A DNA stretch of 36,357 nt from an uncultured bacterium (GTDB lineage Bacteria; Bacteroidota; Bacteroidia; Chitinophagales; Chitinophagaceae), in the NCBI GenBank assembly GCA_903957405.1, contig CAJBPC010000288.1:1-36357 (forward strand), given 5' to 3'. The notes under the pieces were generated by a model, which did not search any database, had not been told where the DNA came from, and saw only the letters and a program-made list of their open reading frames with translations. Of this stretch, positions 20,201-29,856 are shown one piece after another. The translations under genes and the position numbers were made by a program. Positions within the stretch are counted from its first letter, which is position 1. The number at the start of each line of letters is the position of its first letter.

Positions 20201-20500
20201 CATGGAAAAATTAGCAGTATTTGACCCAGTCGGGATCTTCATCTCAGCTGTCTGCATACCGACATAAGTGAAGATCAGCGTCTGGTCACCAGAAGGCACC
20301 TGAATGCTGTATCGTCCGGATTCATTGGTCTTTACCACCTGCCGGCCGCCCTTCAGCGCAACCGTCACATTTGATAATGGAAGCTGGTCTGAAGATACCA
20401 CCTGTCCTGAAATGGTGCGGGACTGCTGCGCAATGGTGGACAGGCAGAAGAAGAATAGTCCGGCTAAAAGCAAGATGGATTCCCTGATTTTGAGATTCAT
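17207..20500 (-). CDS. susC: SusC/RagA family TonB-dependent transporter
   Basis: VVVVSTGYQTIPKERATG, LKDAAASSIWGARAVNGVIVVTTK, NPTLRWEK and C-terminal Phe. ATG at 20500 follows an A-rich initiation region (track start GTG 20524). No N-terminal STN extension is visible. Confidence 0.97.
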   Translation of the reverse strand: MNLKIRESILLLAGLFFFCLSTIAQQSRTISGQVVSSDQLPLSNVTVALKGGRQVVKTNESGRYSIQVPSGDQTLIFTYVGMQTAEMKIPTGSNTANFSMKIDEGTLGEVVVVSTGYQTIPKERATGAFGTVSRQQLDKPATNIASRIIGTNAGVQALRMDEEGNPFFQIRGLSTLYANQEPLVVVDGFPIQGTYNAINPNDVESVTILKDAAASSIWGARAVNGVIVVTTKSASRGNPLKVEFSAFTRIGGKIDLGYSRPHATSSETVEYEKLAYNKWGALLNTGVLASNQAWNWTLGQSALNEHNLGFLTLAQRDKTLDSLKTLDNSGQIGDMLLARPVTQQYNLSLYGATQRMNNALSLMMEKNQSNFRETYNDRFMMNYRTTVNLTKWLDLSMNTMLQYNKFTNNGTNLAEISSLSPYEMLKNPDGSLTNTSLKYYLPLIKRQVPTSLFPYSDWSYNPAREISSRSLVNTELNGRVQGGLTLKPMKGLSIESRIQYENFNTFTRNLYDENSFTVRQSVNQAAFWNPGLLTSMTTAPLPNLPKGSILDQSRVNLTAWNFRNLLSFNREFGKDHEVNFVGGTELQSSVVQTFNNPRTYGYNDATLQLGNFPNGPGGVPGNGNQNGTLPPTNLVIRNWLNQTQSFGYTNSFGYTTERFFSAFANASYTFRDKYTLSGSFRSDASNLITDDPSYRYAPFWSVGGSWQVWKEDFMKHVDFIDRLNLRATFGYNGNVDKSTAFMPLISLSSIPNTLTGAYTANFTSLGNPTLRWEKTATTNIGIDYRLFKGKLFGKIDLYQRTGKDLIAVISIPNVNGSASQRLNNAAMVNRGIELEIGTEARITKDLRWTGNMNLSYNRNKITDLFIAQYNSSSMIARSTSSYVEDYNANTMWMFKYTGFNAANQPTVLGPGDVNYDMQTFVPGDGRTYLENTGTLVAPFTFGFMNNFEYRNLSLSFIITGNFGHVFQRRGFNYPVQWSSIRMLPNKYVSDVTGGKSAELLTLPVNPNEPRFFFWDRFYNNLSYLSQNASWLRLQEVNLTYRVPSAMLSRVGMKNFQVYAQGNDMFVSLANKYGEDPLYPLATLNPRPKFTFGIKFDF

Positions 20501-20708
20501 TGCTGTTGTTTTGGTTTTTGACACGATTAAATTAGGGCAACGGATGGTATAATATCTTAATACTACATGAACGCATTAATTTCAATGACGTATGAAGAAA
20601 AGGGTTGTCTGAATCGATCAGACATGACGAACAAGTTGTTGGGGTATAAGCAGCAATCGTGTCCGGGATATGATACTTCAGTTTGTATCCAATGCCGAAC
20701 ATTCACTT

Positions 20709-20727
20709 GTCTACCAATTAGGTAGAC
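20709..20727. promoter_or_regulatory. Palindromic operator-like site
   Basis: GTCTACC-AATTA-GGTAGAC has perfect 7-bp arms and lies 15 nt upstream of a -7 box. Confidence 0.4.
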
Positions 20728-20742
20728 TTATCAAAAGTATGG

Positions 20743-20750
20743 TAACTTTG
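20743..20750 (+). promoter_or_regulatory. Bacteroidota sigma70 -7 element, likely lytS/lytT promoter
   Basis: TAACTTTG matches TAnnTTTG exactly and points toward the kinase gene. Confidence 0.55.
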
Positions 20751-21009
20751 AAAACAAACAAAATATTTTCCCGGTTAGTGGGATTCGGGTCAGCATTCAA
20801 TACTTCGTCGGAAAAATTTCTATTGAAAAATTACGAAGATCTTGCTTGGCTAAAATTTAAAATTTATTCAAAGTGCCATTTTTTACGCGAACGGCAGATT
20901 CCAACTGACGTACCAGCCATATGCTTCCGTGAAAGCTGCAAAAGACCCAACTGCGGGATGAAGATCTAGAAGACAATTAAATTTTATTAGAATAAATTAG
21001 GAGTTCAAT

Positions 21010-22080
21010 GTGAGAACCTTATCCGGAGATATCTTAATCAAGCGCAGTTGGAAGAACTTCTTGCTGTCTACAGGCATCTGGTTTGCTGCGATCCTCGTCT
21101 ACATGGTACTGGGGAATGCACAGAGGAAGGTGCCAACGGCATTGTGGTTCTATATCAGGTATACCTGGCCAAGCTTCCTGCTGTGCTATGCGACGGTAGT
21201 GTGGCTGATTCCTGAATTCTTACACAAGAAAAAGTTTAAGCTATTCGGATGCTTGCTGGTGGGCATGCTCATCCTGTATTGCATTGTCAGATATTATAAC
21301 CACATCCTCCAGAATCCGGAGATGTACGTCTTTTACCGTAAAGTCGGAGACAATCTGATGCCGATAAAATCGAGTTTCAGGAATATTTTCTCTATTGAAA
21401 TCATCCGTGGACTTGAATTCATTTTCATTGCTTTCTGCTACCGGTTCATCATAGACTGGACCATCATGGAAAAAGAAAGGATAAGGTTGGAAAAGGAAAA
21501 AATCCAGGCTGACCTAACCATGCTCCGTCATCAGTTGAATCCGCATTTCCTGTTCAATACCATTAATGACATTTATTATCTTGCGTTGATACAGTCACCC
21601 CGGACTGCCGACGCGATGCTAGAACTTTCAGAGCTTTTGAGATACGTGCTGCATGAAAAAGATGACATTGTTCCGCTGGAAAAGGAGCTCGATCACCTCA
21701 GAAGGTTCATCCACCTGCATCACTTTCGCTTCCCCGACGATGTCATCAAGTTCACGTTGGACAATACGGACCCATCCGACAAGTTTGGCATACCGCCGCT
21801 TTTACTGCAGTCCTTTGCCGAGAACGCATTCAAGCATGGCAAGCCCGGGACTGATGACGAACCCATCATCATAAGCATCGATATACGTGACGGACGCCTG
21901 CTTTACAAGGTCGTCAATGCCATAGGAAACAAACTATCGAAGGATGACAGCAACGGCATCGGAATCAAAAATCTTGAAAAGAGGCTAGCCCTGTTGTTCC
22001 CTGGCCGGCACAGTTTGTCGATTGAGGAACATGATGACCAATACATCGCACAAATGGAAATACCCCTTGAAAAAAGATGA
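21010..22080 (+). CDS. LytS/YehU-type sensor histidine kinase
   Basis: About four N-terminal TM helices. LRHQLNPHFLFNTIN, LSELLRY, VPLEKE, FAENAFKHG and GIGIKNLEKRL. GTG start. Confidence 0.95.
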   Translation: MRTLSGDILIKRSWKNFLLSTGIWFAAILVYMVLGNAQRKVPTALWFYIRYTWPSFLLCYATVVWLIPEFLHKKKFKLFGCLLVGMLILYCIVRYYNHILQNPEMYVFYRKVGDNLMPIKSSFRNIFSIEIIRGLEFIFIAFCYRFIIDWTIMEKERIRLEKEKIQADLTMLRHQLNPHFLFNTINDIYYLALIQSPRTADAMLELSELLRYVLHEKDDIVPLEKELDHLRRFIHLHHFRFPDDVIKFTLDNTDPSDKFGIPPLLLQSFAENAFKHGKPGTDDEPIIISIDIRDGRLLYKVVNAIGNKLSKDDSNGIGIKNLEKRLALLFPGRHSLSIEEHDDQYIAQMEIPLEKR

Positions 22081-22817
22081 TCAAAGCCATAGCCATAGAC
22101 GATGAGAGAAATGCGCTGGGAGTCATCACGCAATTCGCAAACAGGATTCCCGGGCTTGAACTCTCGGAAACATTCACCGATCCAATTAAGGTCGTTCCTT
22201 TCCTATACCGGAATCCTAATACGGACCTTTTGTTCTTGGACATCCAGATGGCAAAAATGAACGGGTTGGACCTGGCTAAGCAGATCTCCAAGGGAAGGGC
22301 TCGGATCATACTCACCACCGCCTATCCGAATTATGCACTGCAGGGTTTCGACTTGGATGTCATCGACTACCTATTGAAGCCGTTCTCATTCGAAAGATTC
22401 GACAAGGCAGTCAACAAGGCCATGAGCATCCTCGCGTCAGTTGCCCCAACTGCCGACACCAATAAAAGCATTGAAGGCGCAAAGCTTGGTCATGAGGAAT
22501 TCATCTTCGTACGATCCGACTACAAAACCATCAAAGTGTCATTGTCGGATATCCTATACATCGAAGGCACGGGCAATTATGTGAGCATTCATACCCGGAA
22601 AGGAAAGATCTTGTCTCTGCAGAACATGAAGACGTTCGAAGACCAATTGCGCCCATTCAACTTCTTTCGGATCCACAAGTCATTCATCATCTCCATACAA
22701 CACATCGACTCAATAGGGAAAAAAAGCATCTTCATCAACCATGAAGAAATTCCCATTGGTGATACGTTCAGGGATCCATTCAATGATTACATGAAATTGA
22801 ATTTCAAACAATTTTAA
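22077..22817 (+). CDS. LytTR family response regulator
   Basis: Receiver (IAIDDE, FLDIQM, TTAY, DYLLKP) plus LytTR domain (ILYIEG.GNY, FFRIHKSFII). ATGA overlap with the kinase. Confidence 0.96.
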   Translation: MIKAIAIDDERNALGVITQFANRIPGLELSETFTDPIKVVPFLYRNPNTDLLFLDIQMAKMNGLDLAKQISKGRARIILTTAYPNYALQGFDLDVIDYLLKPFSFERFDKAVNKAMSILASVAPTADTNKSIEGAKLGHEEFIFVRSDYKTIKVSLSDILYIEGTGNYVSIHTRKGKILSLQNMKTFEDQLRPFNFFRIHKSFIISIQHIDSIGKKSIFINHEEIPIGDTFRDPFNDYMKLNFKQF

Positions 22818-22834
22818 TGGCATAAACATTTCGT

Positions 22835-23947
22835 ATGAAACAAGTATTGATGATTTTCGGCTTAATGGCATATAACCTGTTTTCTTTTGGACAAACAAGT
22901 TTTAAGTATGAGATCAGGGGAACGGTAAAAGGACTTGGAAAAGACACACTGACCTTAATGGTCACCAATGCCAGATCAGGTAAACCGGGTGATAAGTACA
23001 TGATTCCAGCCTTCAATGATACTTTTGTCTTCAAAGCGATTTCTAATCAGGTTGAGATGGCCTATCTCTATATTGAGAACAACAGACGGATCGGCGACCT
23101 CACGCTTTTCCTCGACGAGGGGTTTATCCAAGTGAAAGGTGATCTATCCAATTTCTCAAGATCCCATGTCTATGGTACAAAAGCAAACGATGACATGGTT
23201 GCCATGCGCCAGCAAGAAAGCGTGTACTATGATGAAATCACGAGCATCCGGGAGGATTTGAAAGCACGGAAGGATACAGGTGCCTCTTCATACAAATCAG
23301 CAATAGCGAAAATCAGTGCACTTCAGGATTCTGCAATGAAATCAAAGGAAAGATTTGCAGAAAAAAATCCCGGATCTTATATCTCAGGCATCAACCTCTA
23401 TGTACTCTCAGACAGAATCCCGTTTGAGAGACTGGATAAATTATACACCGATCTGGACCCAAAAGTGAAACAAATGGGGTTAATATCGAAACTATCAAAT
23501 AAGATCGAAGGAAAGCGAAGAAGCCTTGTAGGCAAAACGGCATCGGATTTCAGCATTCAGGATATCAATGGAAAACCGGTAAAGCTATCGGACTTCAAAG
23601 GTAGATATGTACTCCTGGATTTCTGGGCCAGTTGGTGTGTACCCTGCAGGGAGGAGAATCCCTTCCTCAAAGCCGCCTATGCAAAATATAAGGAGAAGGG
23701 TTTCGAGATCATCGGCATTTCTGTGGATGAGCATGGGGAGCGCTGGAAAAAAGCCATTGCGGATGACAAGTTGCCCTGGATCCACATATCGGACCTGAAG
23801 CGGGAGAATTTTATTGCCACCCTTTATGGTGTTCAGCCGATACCTGACAACTTCCTGGTAAACCCCGATGGAAAGATCATTGCAAAAGCCATTCGTGGTA
23901 GCCAGATCGAAGAAGTATTGTCAAAATACTTCGAAAACGAGAAGTAA
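22835..23947 (+). CDS. TlpA/AhpC-TSA-like thiol-disulfide oxidoreductase with DUF4369-like N-terminal domain
   Basis: Signal peptide SFG|QT. LSDFKGRYVLLDFWASWCVPCREE and IPDNFLVNPDGKIIA. Starts 17 nt after lytT. Confidence 0.93.
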   Translation: MKQVLMIFGLMAYNLFSFGQTSFKYEIRGTVKGLGKDTLTLMVTNARSGKPGDKYMIPAFNDTFVFKAISNQVEMAYLYIENNRRIGDLTLFLDEGFIQVKGDLSNFSRSHVYGTKANDDMVAMRQQESVYYDEITSIREDLKARKDTGASSYKSAIAKISALQDSAMKSKERFAEKNPGSYISGINLYVLSDRIPFERLDKLYTDLDPKVKQMGLISKLSNKIEGKRRSLVGKTASDFSIQDINGKPVKLSDFKGRYVLLDFWASWCVPCREENPFLKAAYAKYKEKGFEIIGISVDEHGERWKKAIADDKLPWIHISDLKRENFIATLYGVQPIPDNFLVNPDGKIIAKAIRGSQIEEVLSKYFENEK

Positions 23948-24113
23948 AGCTGTAAACTGACTTAATTGCCGACCTGTCAAGTTTCCCGCACGCCAAATGA
24001 TAAAAAATCAGGACAATTCAGGTGGTCATTCCGGCTTTTTGTAATACTTTGAATGTCATTTGATGCCCTTTGGCTACGACGGGCTTAAGACACCAAAGCA
24101 GCAAAGAGATGTG

Positions 24114-25793
24114 ATGATAAATAAATCGTACGTCATTGGTGTAGATTATGGAACGGATTCTGTCAGGTCTGTCATTGTCCGAACAGATAATGGTGAGGAA
24201 ATTGCCTCCTCCGTGCATTACTATGTCCGATGGAAAGAAGGCCTCTACTGTGACCCTTCAACAAACCGGTTCCGCCAGCACCCGCTCGACTATGTCGAGG
24301 GACTTGAACTGACGATCACTGCAGCATTGAGAAAGGCAGGCGGACAGGTAGCGCAAAACATCATTGCCATCGGCATCGATACCACCGGTTCGACGCCCGT
24401 TGCTGTCGACCAGTCAGGACAACCATTGGCCCTGATGGCTCCCTTTTCGGAGAATCCCAACGCCATGTTCGTGTTATGGAAAGATCATACGGCCATCAGT
24501 GAAGCTGCAGAGATCAACATGCACTCAAAATCTTTCGACACGGATTACTTGCAATACGTCGGAGGCGTATACTCATCCGAATGGTTCTGGGCAAAGCTGT
24601 TGCATATCCTTCGAACAGACCAAAAAGTTCGAAAAGCATGTGCGTCCTGGGTGGAGCAATGCGACTGGATCCCTTTCCTTCTTACTGGCGGAACGGATAT
24701 CTCACAAATGAAACGAAGCACTTGTGCAGCCGGGCACAAGGCCTTATGGGCAGATGCTTTTGGGGGGTATCCGCCAAATGATTTCTTTTCAGCATTGGAT
24801 CCGATGCTCGAAGGATATGTGGGCACGCTTGGGAAAAATACATACACGTCAGATAAAGCAGTCGGATCTCTTTGTAAAGAATGGGCTGAAAGACTCGGTC
24901 TATCTGAGCAAGTCGTTGTAGCCGTAGGAGCATTCGATGCACACATGGGTGCGGTCGGAGGCCAGATAGAGCCTTATCACCTCAGCAAGGTGATGGGCAC
25001 ATCCACTTGCGACATCATGGTCGCATCAGCAGAACAAATTGATGGCAGAACAGTTCGTGGCATCTGTGGGCAGGTCCACGGCTCGGTCATTCCGGGTATG
25101 GTAGGTCTGGAAGCCGGTCAGTCTGCCTTCGGAGATGCCTACGCCTGGTTCAGGAACATGATCCTCAAACCTGTCGGGGAACTGCTGCTGCAATCTGACA
25201 CACTCGATGGTGATGCCGCTGCAGCGTTGATAAAGGAATTAAGCGATAGATTGATCTCCCACCTTTCGATCCAGGCGGCAGTCCTTCCTCTTAGCGTGGA
25301 GGACGAGCTCGCAACCGATTGGTTGAATGGGCGTCGGACGCCGGATGCAAACCAATACCTCAAAGGCAGCATTCATGGCCTCGACTTGGGCAGTGATGCG
25401 AGCAGGATCTTCAGATCCTTAGTGGAAGCCACCTGTTTTGGTGCCAAAATGATCATCGAACGCTTCATCGACGAAGGAGTACCCGTCAAAGGGCTCATAG
25501 GCCTCGGAGGAGTGGCACGAAAATCACCCTATATCATGCAGGTGATGAGCGATGTGACGAATCTACCTATTCGAATTCATCGTAGTGAACAAACATGCGC
25601 CATAGGTGCCGCCATGTTTGCAGCCACGGCCGCAGGCGTTTTCACGAAAGTGGAGGATGCAATGGCTCAAATGGGGCGGGGGTTCGAAGCAACGTATCTA
25701 CCGGACCTCAACAGATCGAAGTACTACGAAATGCGCTATCGGAAATATAAAGCTGCGGGAAAATTCACGGAGCAACATACTCCCGTACAATAG
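24114..25793 (+). CDS. araB: L-ribulokinase
   Basis: FGGY kinase motifs IGVDYGTDSVR, QHPLDY, DTTGSTP, LWKDHTA, YSSEWFWAK, AAGHKA, EAGQSAFGD and DWLNGRRTP. Next to araD and araA. ATG 24114 preferred over the track start at 24060. Confidence 0.96.
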   Translation: MINKSYVIGVDYGTDSVRSVIVRTDNGEEIASSVHYYVRWKEGLYCDPSTNRFRQHPLDYVEGLELTITAALRKAGGQVAQNIIAIGIDTTGSTPVAVDQSGQPLALMAPFSENPNAMFVLWKDHTAISEAAEINMHSKSFDTDYLQYVGGVYSSEWFWAKLLHILRTDQKVRKACASWVEQCDWIPFLLTGGTDISQMKRSTCAAGHKALWADAFGGYPPNDFFSALDPMLEGYVGTLGKNTYTSDKAVGSLCKEWAERLGLSEQVVVAVGAFDAHMGAVGGQIEPYHLSKVMGTSTCDIMVASAEQIDGRTVRGICGQVHGSVIPGMVGLEAGQSAFGDAYAWFRNMILKPVGELLLQSDTLDGDAAAALIKELSDRLISHLSIQAAVLPLSVEDELATDWLNGRRTPDANQYLKGSIHGLDLGSDASRIFRSLVEATCFGAKMIIERFIDEGVPVKGLIGLGGVARKSPYIMQVMSDVTNLPIRIHRSEQTCAIGAAMFAATAAGVFTKVEDAMAQMGRGFEATYLPDLNRSKYYEMRYRKYKAAGKFTEQHTPVQ

Positions 25794-25821
25794 CCCTACG
25801 CCGCTGCAAAACAGATGACCC

Positions 25822-26523
25822 ATGAGCCTCTATGAAAGATTGAAAGAAGAAGCCTGCGAAGCGAACCTTCAGCTCCCCGAACACGGCTTGGTGTTGTTCA
25901 CGTTCGGCAACGTCAGTGTGGCTGACCATGCAAAGGGAGTGTTCGCCATCAAGCCAAGTGGTGTCCCGTACACGGAACTGGATCCATCCATGATGGTCAT
26001 AGTGGATTTCGACGGCCAATGGATAGAAGGAGCACTCAGGCCATCATCTGACACCCGCACGCATGCACTGCTTTATAAACACTGGCATGACGTAGGCAGC
26101 ATCGCACATACCCACTCCACCTATGCAACGGCATGGGCGCAGGCGCAGATGGATATTCCCATCTTTGGCACAACACACGCCGACCATACGACTGTAGATA
26201 TTCCATGCGCTCCGCCAATGAATGATGATATGATCATGGGCGATTATGAACGGGAGACCGGGCAGCAGATCCTGGATTGCTTCAAAGCACGCAACCTGGA
26301 CCCGAAGGAGGTGGAAATGATCCTCGTCGGCAACCATGCACCATTCACCTGGGGCAAGACATCCGACAAGGCGGTCCATAACGCAGCCGTTCTGGAAGAA
26401 CTCGCCAGAATGGCATACCTCACACTACAGATCAATCCCACAGCCCCGCGGCTCAAAGATGCACTCATTCGGAAACACTACGAAAGGAAGCACGGTCCCC
26501 ATGCCTATTACGGGAATCCATAA
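25822..26523 (+). CDS. araD: L-ribulose-5-phosphate 4-epimerase
   Basis: FTFGNVS, IKPSGV, PSSDT, HTHS, GTTHAD and C-terminal RKHG..AYYG. Confidence 0.97.
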   Translation: MSLYERLKEEACEANLQLPEHGLVLFTFGNVSVADHAKGVFAIKPSGVPYTELDPSMMVIVDFDGQWIEGALRPSSDTRTHALLYKHWHDVGSIAHTHSTYATAWAQAQMDIPIFGTTHADHTTVDIPCAPPMNDDMIMGDYERETGQQILDCFKARNLDPKEVEMILVGNHAPFTWGKTSDKAVHNAAVLEELARMAYLTLQINPTAPRLKDALIRKHYERKHGPHAYYGNP

Positions 26524-26545
26524 TCACCCTTAAACATCCCTGATC

Positions 26546-28036
26546 ATGATCGAACTCAAACATCTGGAGGTCTGGTTTGTCACCGGCAGCCAAGACCTCT
26601 ATGGCGAGGAGACCCTTCGGAAAGTGGCAGAAAATGCAGCCGCCATTGCAGATGCCCTGGACAAGACACCTGAAATGCCGGTTCGCGTAGTGTTCAAACC
26701 AACCGTGAAATCCCCTGAAGAGATTTTCAACGTCTGCAAAGATGCAAACACACAGCGCAACTGCATCGGCTTGATCACATGGATGCACACCTTCTCCCCA
26801 GCCAAAATGTGGATATCCGGACTGAAGATCCTCCAGAAACCCATGCTACATTTTCATACACAGTTCAACCGAGACATCCCCTGGCATAGCATCGATATGG
26901 ATTTCATGAACCTCAACCAGAGTGCACATGGAGATCGGGAATTCGGATTCATCTTGAGTCGGATGAGGCGCTACAGAAAAGTGGTGACCGGTCATTGGCA
27001 AGACACGGAATGCCTGAACAGCATCTGCGGATGGGTACGTGCCGCTGCAGGCTGGCATGACTGGCAGGGAGCGCGCTTCGTCCGCTTCGGCGATAACATG
27101 CGTTTCGTTGCCGTAACGGATGGCGACAAGGTGGAGGCTGAAATGACATTCGGATACAGTGTGAACACTCATGGTGTCGGAGATCTCGTTGAGGTCATAA
27201 AAACGATTTCTGAAGCGGAGACCTCCGCTTTGGTGGAAGAGTACCTCCATGCATATCAAGTTGCAGAAAGCCTGAAACCAGCCGGCACAAGGCATCCCTC
27301 ACTGCGAGACGCGGCACGCATTGAACTGGGCATCGGGAAATTTCTCGAACAAGGGAATTACAAAGGCTTCACCACCACTTTCGAGGACCTGCATGGCATG
27401 ACACAACTGCCTGGCATTGCTGCGCAAAGGCTGATGGCAAAAGGTTTTGGTTTTGCAGGAGAAGGGGATTGGAAAACCGCGGCACTGGTCCGTGCAATGA
27501 AGACCATGGGCGCCGGACTCAAAGGCGGCAATTCGTTCATGGAGGACTACACCTACCATTTCGAACCGGGCAACAACATGGTACTGGGCGCACATATGCT
27601 TGAAATCTGTCCATCTATTGCTGATGCAAAGCCTCGATGCGAAATCCATCCTTTGGGCATTGGCGGAAAAGCCGATCCGGTAAGGCTCGTATTCAATTCA
27701 ACAGCGGGACCAGCGATCAATGCATCTGTCATTGATATGGGGAATCGTTTCCGAATGCTGGTGAATGAGGTCGAGGCTGTTGTTCCGGAAAACGACCTTC
27801 CGAACCTCCCCGTGGCTCGGGTACTCTGGAAGCCTTACCCCGACATGAAAAAAGGGTGCACTGGATGGATACTGGCGGGCGGTGCCCACCACACATGCTA
27901 CTCTCAGAACATCAGCTCAGAACAAATGGAAGATTTTGCCGGTATGGCAGGCATTGAATTCGTAAAAATCGACCGCAACACAGACTTATATCATTTCCGG
28001 AACGAACTGCGATGGAACGATCGCTTTTTCCAATAG
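26546..28036 (+). CDS. araA: L-arabinose isomerase
   Basis: [53 protein letters not shown] and AGGAHH. Confidence 0.98.
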   Translation: MIELKHLEVWFVTGSQDLYGEETLRKVAENAAAIADALDKTPEMPVRVVFKPTVKSPEEIFNVCKDANTQRNCIGLITWMHTFSPAKMWISGLKILQKPMLHFHTQFNRDIPWHSIDMDFMNLNQSAHGDREFGFILSRMRRYRKVVTGHWQDTECLNSICGWVRAAAGWHDWQGARFVRFGDNMRFVAVTDGDKVEAEMTFGYSVNTHGVGDLVEVIKTISEAETSALVEEYLHAYQVAESLKPAGTRHPSLRDAARIELGIGKFLEQGNYKGFTTTFEDLHGMTQLPGIAAQRLMAKGFGFAGEGDWKTAALVRAMKTMGAGLKGGNSFMEDYTYHFEPGNNMVLGAHMLEICPSIADAKPRCEIHPLGIGGKADPVRLVFNSTAGPAINASVIDMGNRFRMLVNEVEAVVPENDLPNLPVARVLWKPYPDMKKGCTGWILAGGAHHTCYSQNISSEQMEDFAGMAGIEFVKIDRNTDLYHFRNELRWNDRFFQ

Positions 28037-28059
28037 CTCACCCGTATTAAATTTTTTAA

Positions 28060-29745
28060 ATGAAAGGTTTATCCCCGCTCGACATCATCGTTTTCCTGCT
28101 CTATTTCGCCATCGTTTCCGGATATGGTTACTGGATATACCTCCGGAAGAAGAAAGCCACCACGGATACAAAAGATTTTTTCCTGGCGGAAGGCTCATTG
28201 ACATGGTGGGCAATTGGCGCTTCACTCATCGCATCCAACATATCCGCCGAGCAGTTCATTGGCATGAGTGGTGAAGGGTTTTTCGTAGGCATCGCCATTG
28301 CCGCCTACGAATGGATCGCAGCCCTGGCATTGGTCATCATCGCCATATGGTTCATTCCGATCTACATCAAGAACAAGATCTTTACCATGCCGCAGTTTCT
28401 GACCAATCGCTATAACGATACGGTAGCACTCATCATGGCGGTTTTCTGGTTGTTCCTGTATGTTTTCGTGAACCTGACTTCGATCCTGTATCTCGGGGCA
28501 GTGGCCATCAACGGCCTCGTTGGTGGGCAGTACCTTCACGTGATCATGGTGTTGCTGGCAGTTTTCGCTTTGGTCATCACATTAGGTGGAATGAAGGTGA
28601 TCGGATACACAGATGTGATCCAGGTTGCGGTACTGATCATTGGCGGACTAGCCACAACCTATATGGCCTTATTGATCGTGAGCGAGGAATTCGGTCTTGG
28701 CCGCGATATGATAGCTGGCTTTAAAACACTTATGACCCAGGCCCCTGATCACTTTCACATGATCCTTGAAAAACCTGGTCCGGATGCTTCACAAGAGCAA
28801 ATAAACAAATATCTGATCGTCCCTGGCATCGCCATGTATTTTGCCGGTCAATGGATCGTGAACCTAAACTACTGGGGATGCAACCAATATATCACACAAC
28901 GGGCACTGGGAGCAGATCTGCAAACAGCAAGACTTGGGATTCTTTTTGCCGCATTACTGAAACTCATGATGCCCGTGATCGTGATGCTCCCCGGCATCGC
29001 GGCCTTCGTACTCTACAAGAACGGAAGTCTCCCAGAGTTGGAAGGTGGCAGTAAGGACGGAGCTTATTCAGCCATCCTCAGTTTCCTGCCGAGTGGTCTG
29101 AAGGGCCTTTCCATAGCTGCCTTGACAGCTGCAATCGTGGCCTCGCTCGCCGGGAAAGCAAACAGTATTTCAACGATCTTCACACTGGATATCTACAAGA
29201 AATACCTGCGCCCCGATGCAAGTGAAAAAAAGCTCGTGTGGACCGGGAGAGTGACCATATGGATTGCAATGTTCGTCAGTGTACTCTTCACCTGGAACGA
29301 TACGCTCGGCATCGGCGGAGAAGGCGGTTTCACTTTTATCCAGAAATATACCGGATTCATCAGTCCCGGTGTTTTCGCAATGTTCATACTTGGAATGTTC
29401 TGGAAAAGAACAACCGGATCAGCTGCGATCGCAGGCGTATTAGCGGGGTTCATACTTTCGGTTTTCTTCAATAACTATGCTCCTGCCCTGTTGGGTAATG
29501 AAACACTGCTCTATTCAGCTTTCCCTAACGGAAAAGGCGGATTTGAAATTCCCTTTCTCATTAACATGGGATGGTCATTTTTCTTTACCATGCTCTTGAT
29601 GATAATGATCAGCCTGGCGGGTCCGAGGGTCAATCCAAAAGCATTCTTGCATGACAACGAAATGTTCAAAATTAGTAGACCCGTCATCGTGCTCATCATC
29701 ATTGTACTGATGCTGCTCACGGCACTTTATGTCAGATTTTGGTAG
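28060..29745 (+). CDS. Sodium:solute symporter (SSS/SGLT family), probable arabinose uptake
   Basis: DFFLAEGSLTWWAIGASLIASNISAEQFIGMSG, YTDVIQV, YWGCNQYITQRAL and many TM helices. Last gene of the ara run. Confidence 0.93.
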   Translation: MKGLSPLDIIVFLLYFAIVSGYGYWIYLRKKKATTDTKDFFLAEGSLTWWAIGASLIASNISAEQFIGMSGEGFFVGIAIAAYEWIAALALVIIAIWFIPIYIKNKIFTMPQFLTNRYNDTVALIMAVFWLFLYVFVNLTSILYLGAVAINGLVGGQYLHVIMVLLAVFALVITLGGMKVIGYTDVIQVAVLIIGGLATTYMALLIVSEEFGLGRDMIAGFKTLMTQAPDHFHMILEKPGPDASQEQINKYLIVPGIAMYFAGQWIVNLNYWGCNQYITQRALGADLQTARLGILFAALLKLMMPVIVMLPGIAAFVLYKNGSLPELEGGSKDGAYSAILSFLPSGLKGLSIAALTAAIVASLAGKANSISTIFTLDIYKKYLRPDASEKKLVWTGRVTIWIAMFVSVLFTWNDTLGIGGEGGFTFIQKYTGFISPGVFAMFILGMFWKRTTGSAAIAGVLAGFILSVFFNNYAPALLGNETLLYSAFPNGKGGFEIPFLINMGWSFFFTMLLMIMISLAGPRVNPKAFLHDNEMFKISRPVIVLIIIVLMLLTALYVRFW

Positions 29746-29805
29746 CGTGCAGACCATCCACCACTGTTCATGTTTTTTTCCTGGATAGTTCTGATGACGA
29801 CATGC

Positions 29806-29851
29806 AATGGAAGATCAGATTTAAGTTAAACTGATCTTCCATTTCTTTTTT
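29806..29851 (+). terminator. Intrinsic terminator between convergent ara and GLPGLI units
   Basis: 13-bp stem AATGGAAGATCAG (29806-29818) / CTGATCTTCCATT (29831-29843), followed by TCTTTTTT. Confidence 0.8.
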
Positions 29852-29856
29852 CAATC

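Noticed and set aside
20885-20935. Possible LytTR direct repeats at 21-bp period (ACGCGAACG / TGACGTACC / CCGTGAAAG)
   Set aside because: Too degenerate to distinguish from chance without orthologous sequences.
20670-20969. 99-aa ORF in the susC/lytS intergenic region
   Set aside because: No motif or signal peptide, and it runs over the palindrome and -7 box; more likely regulatory DNA.
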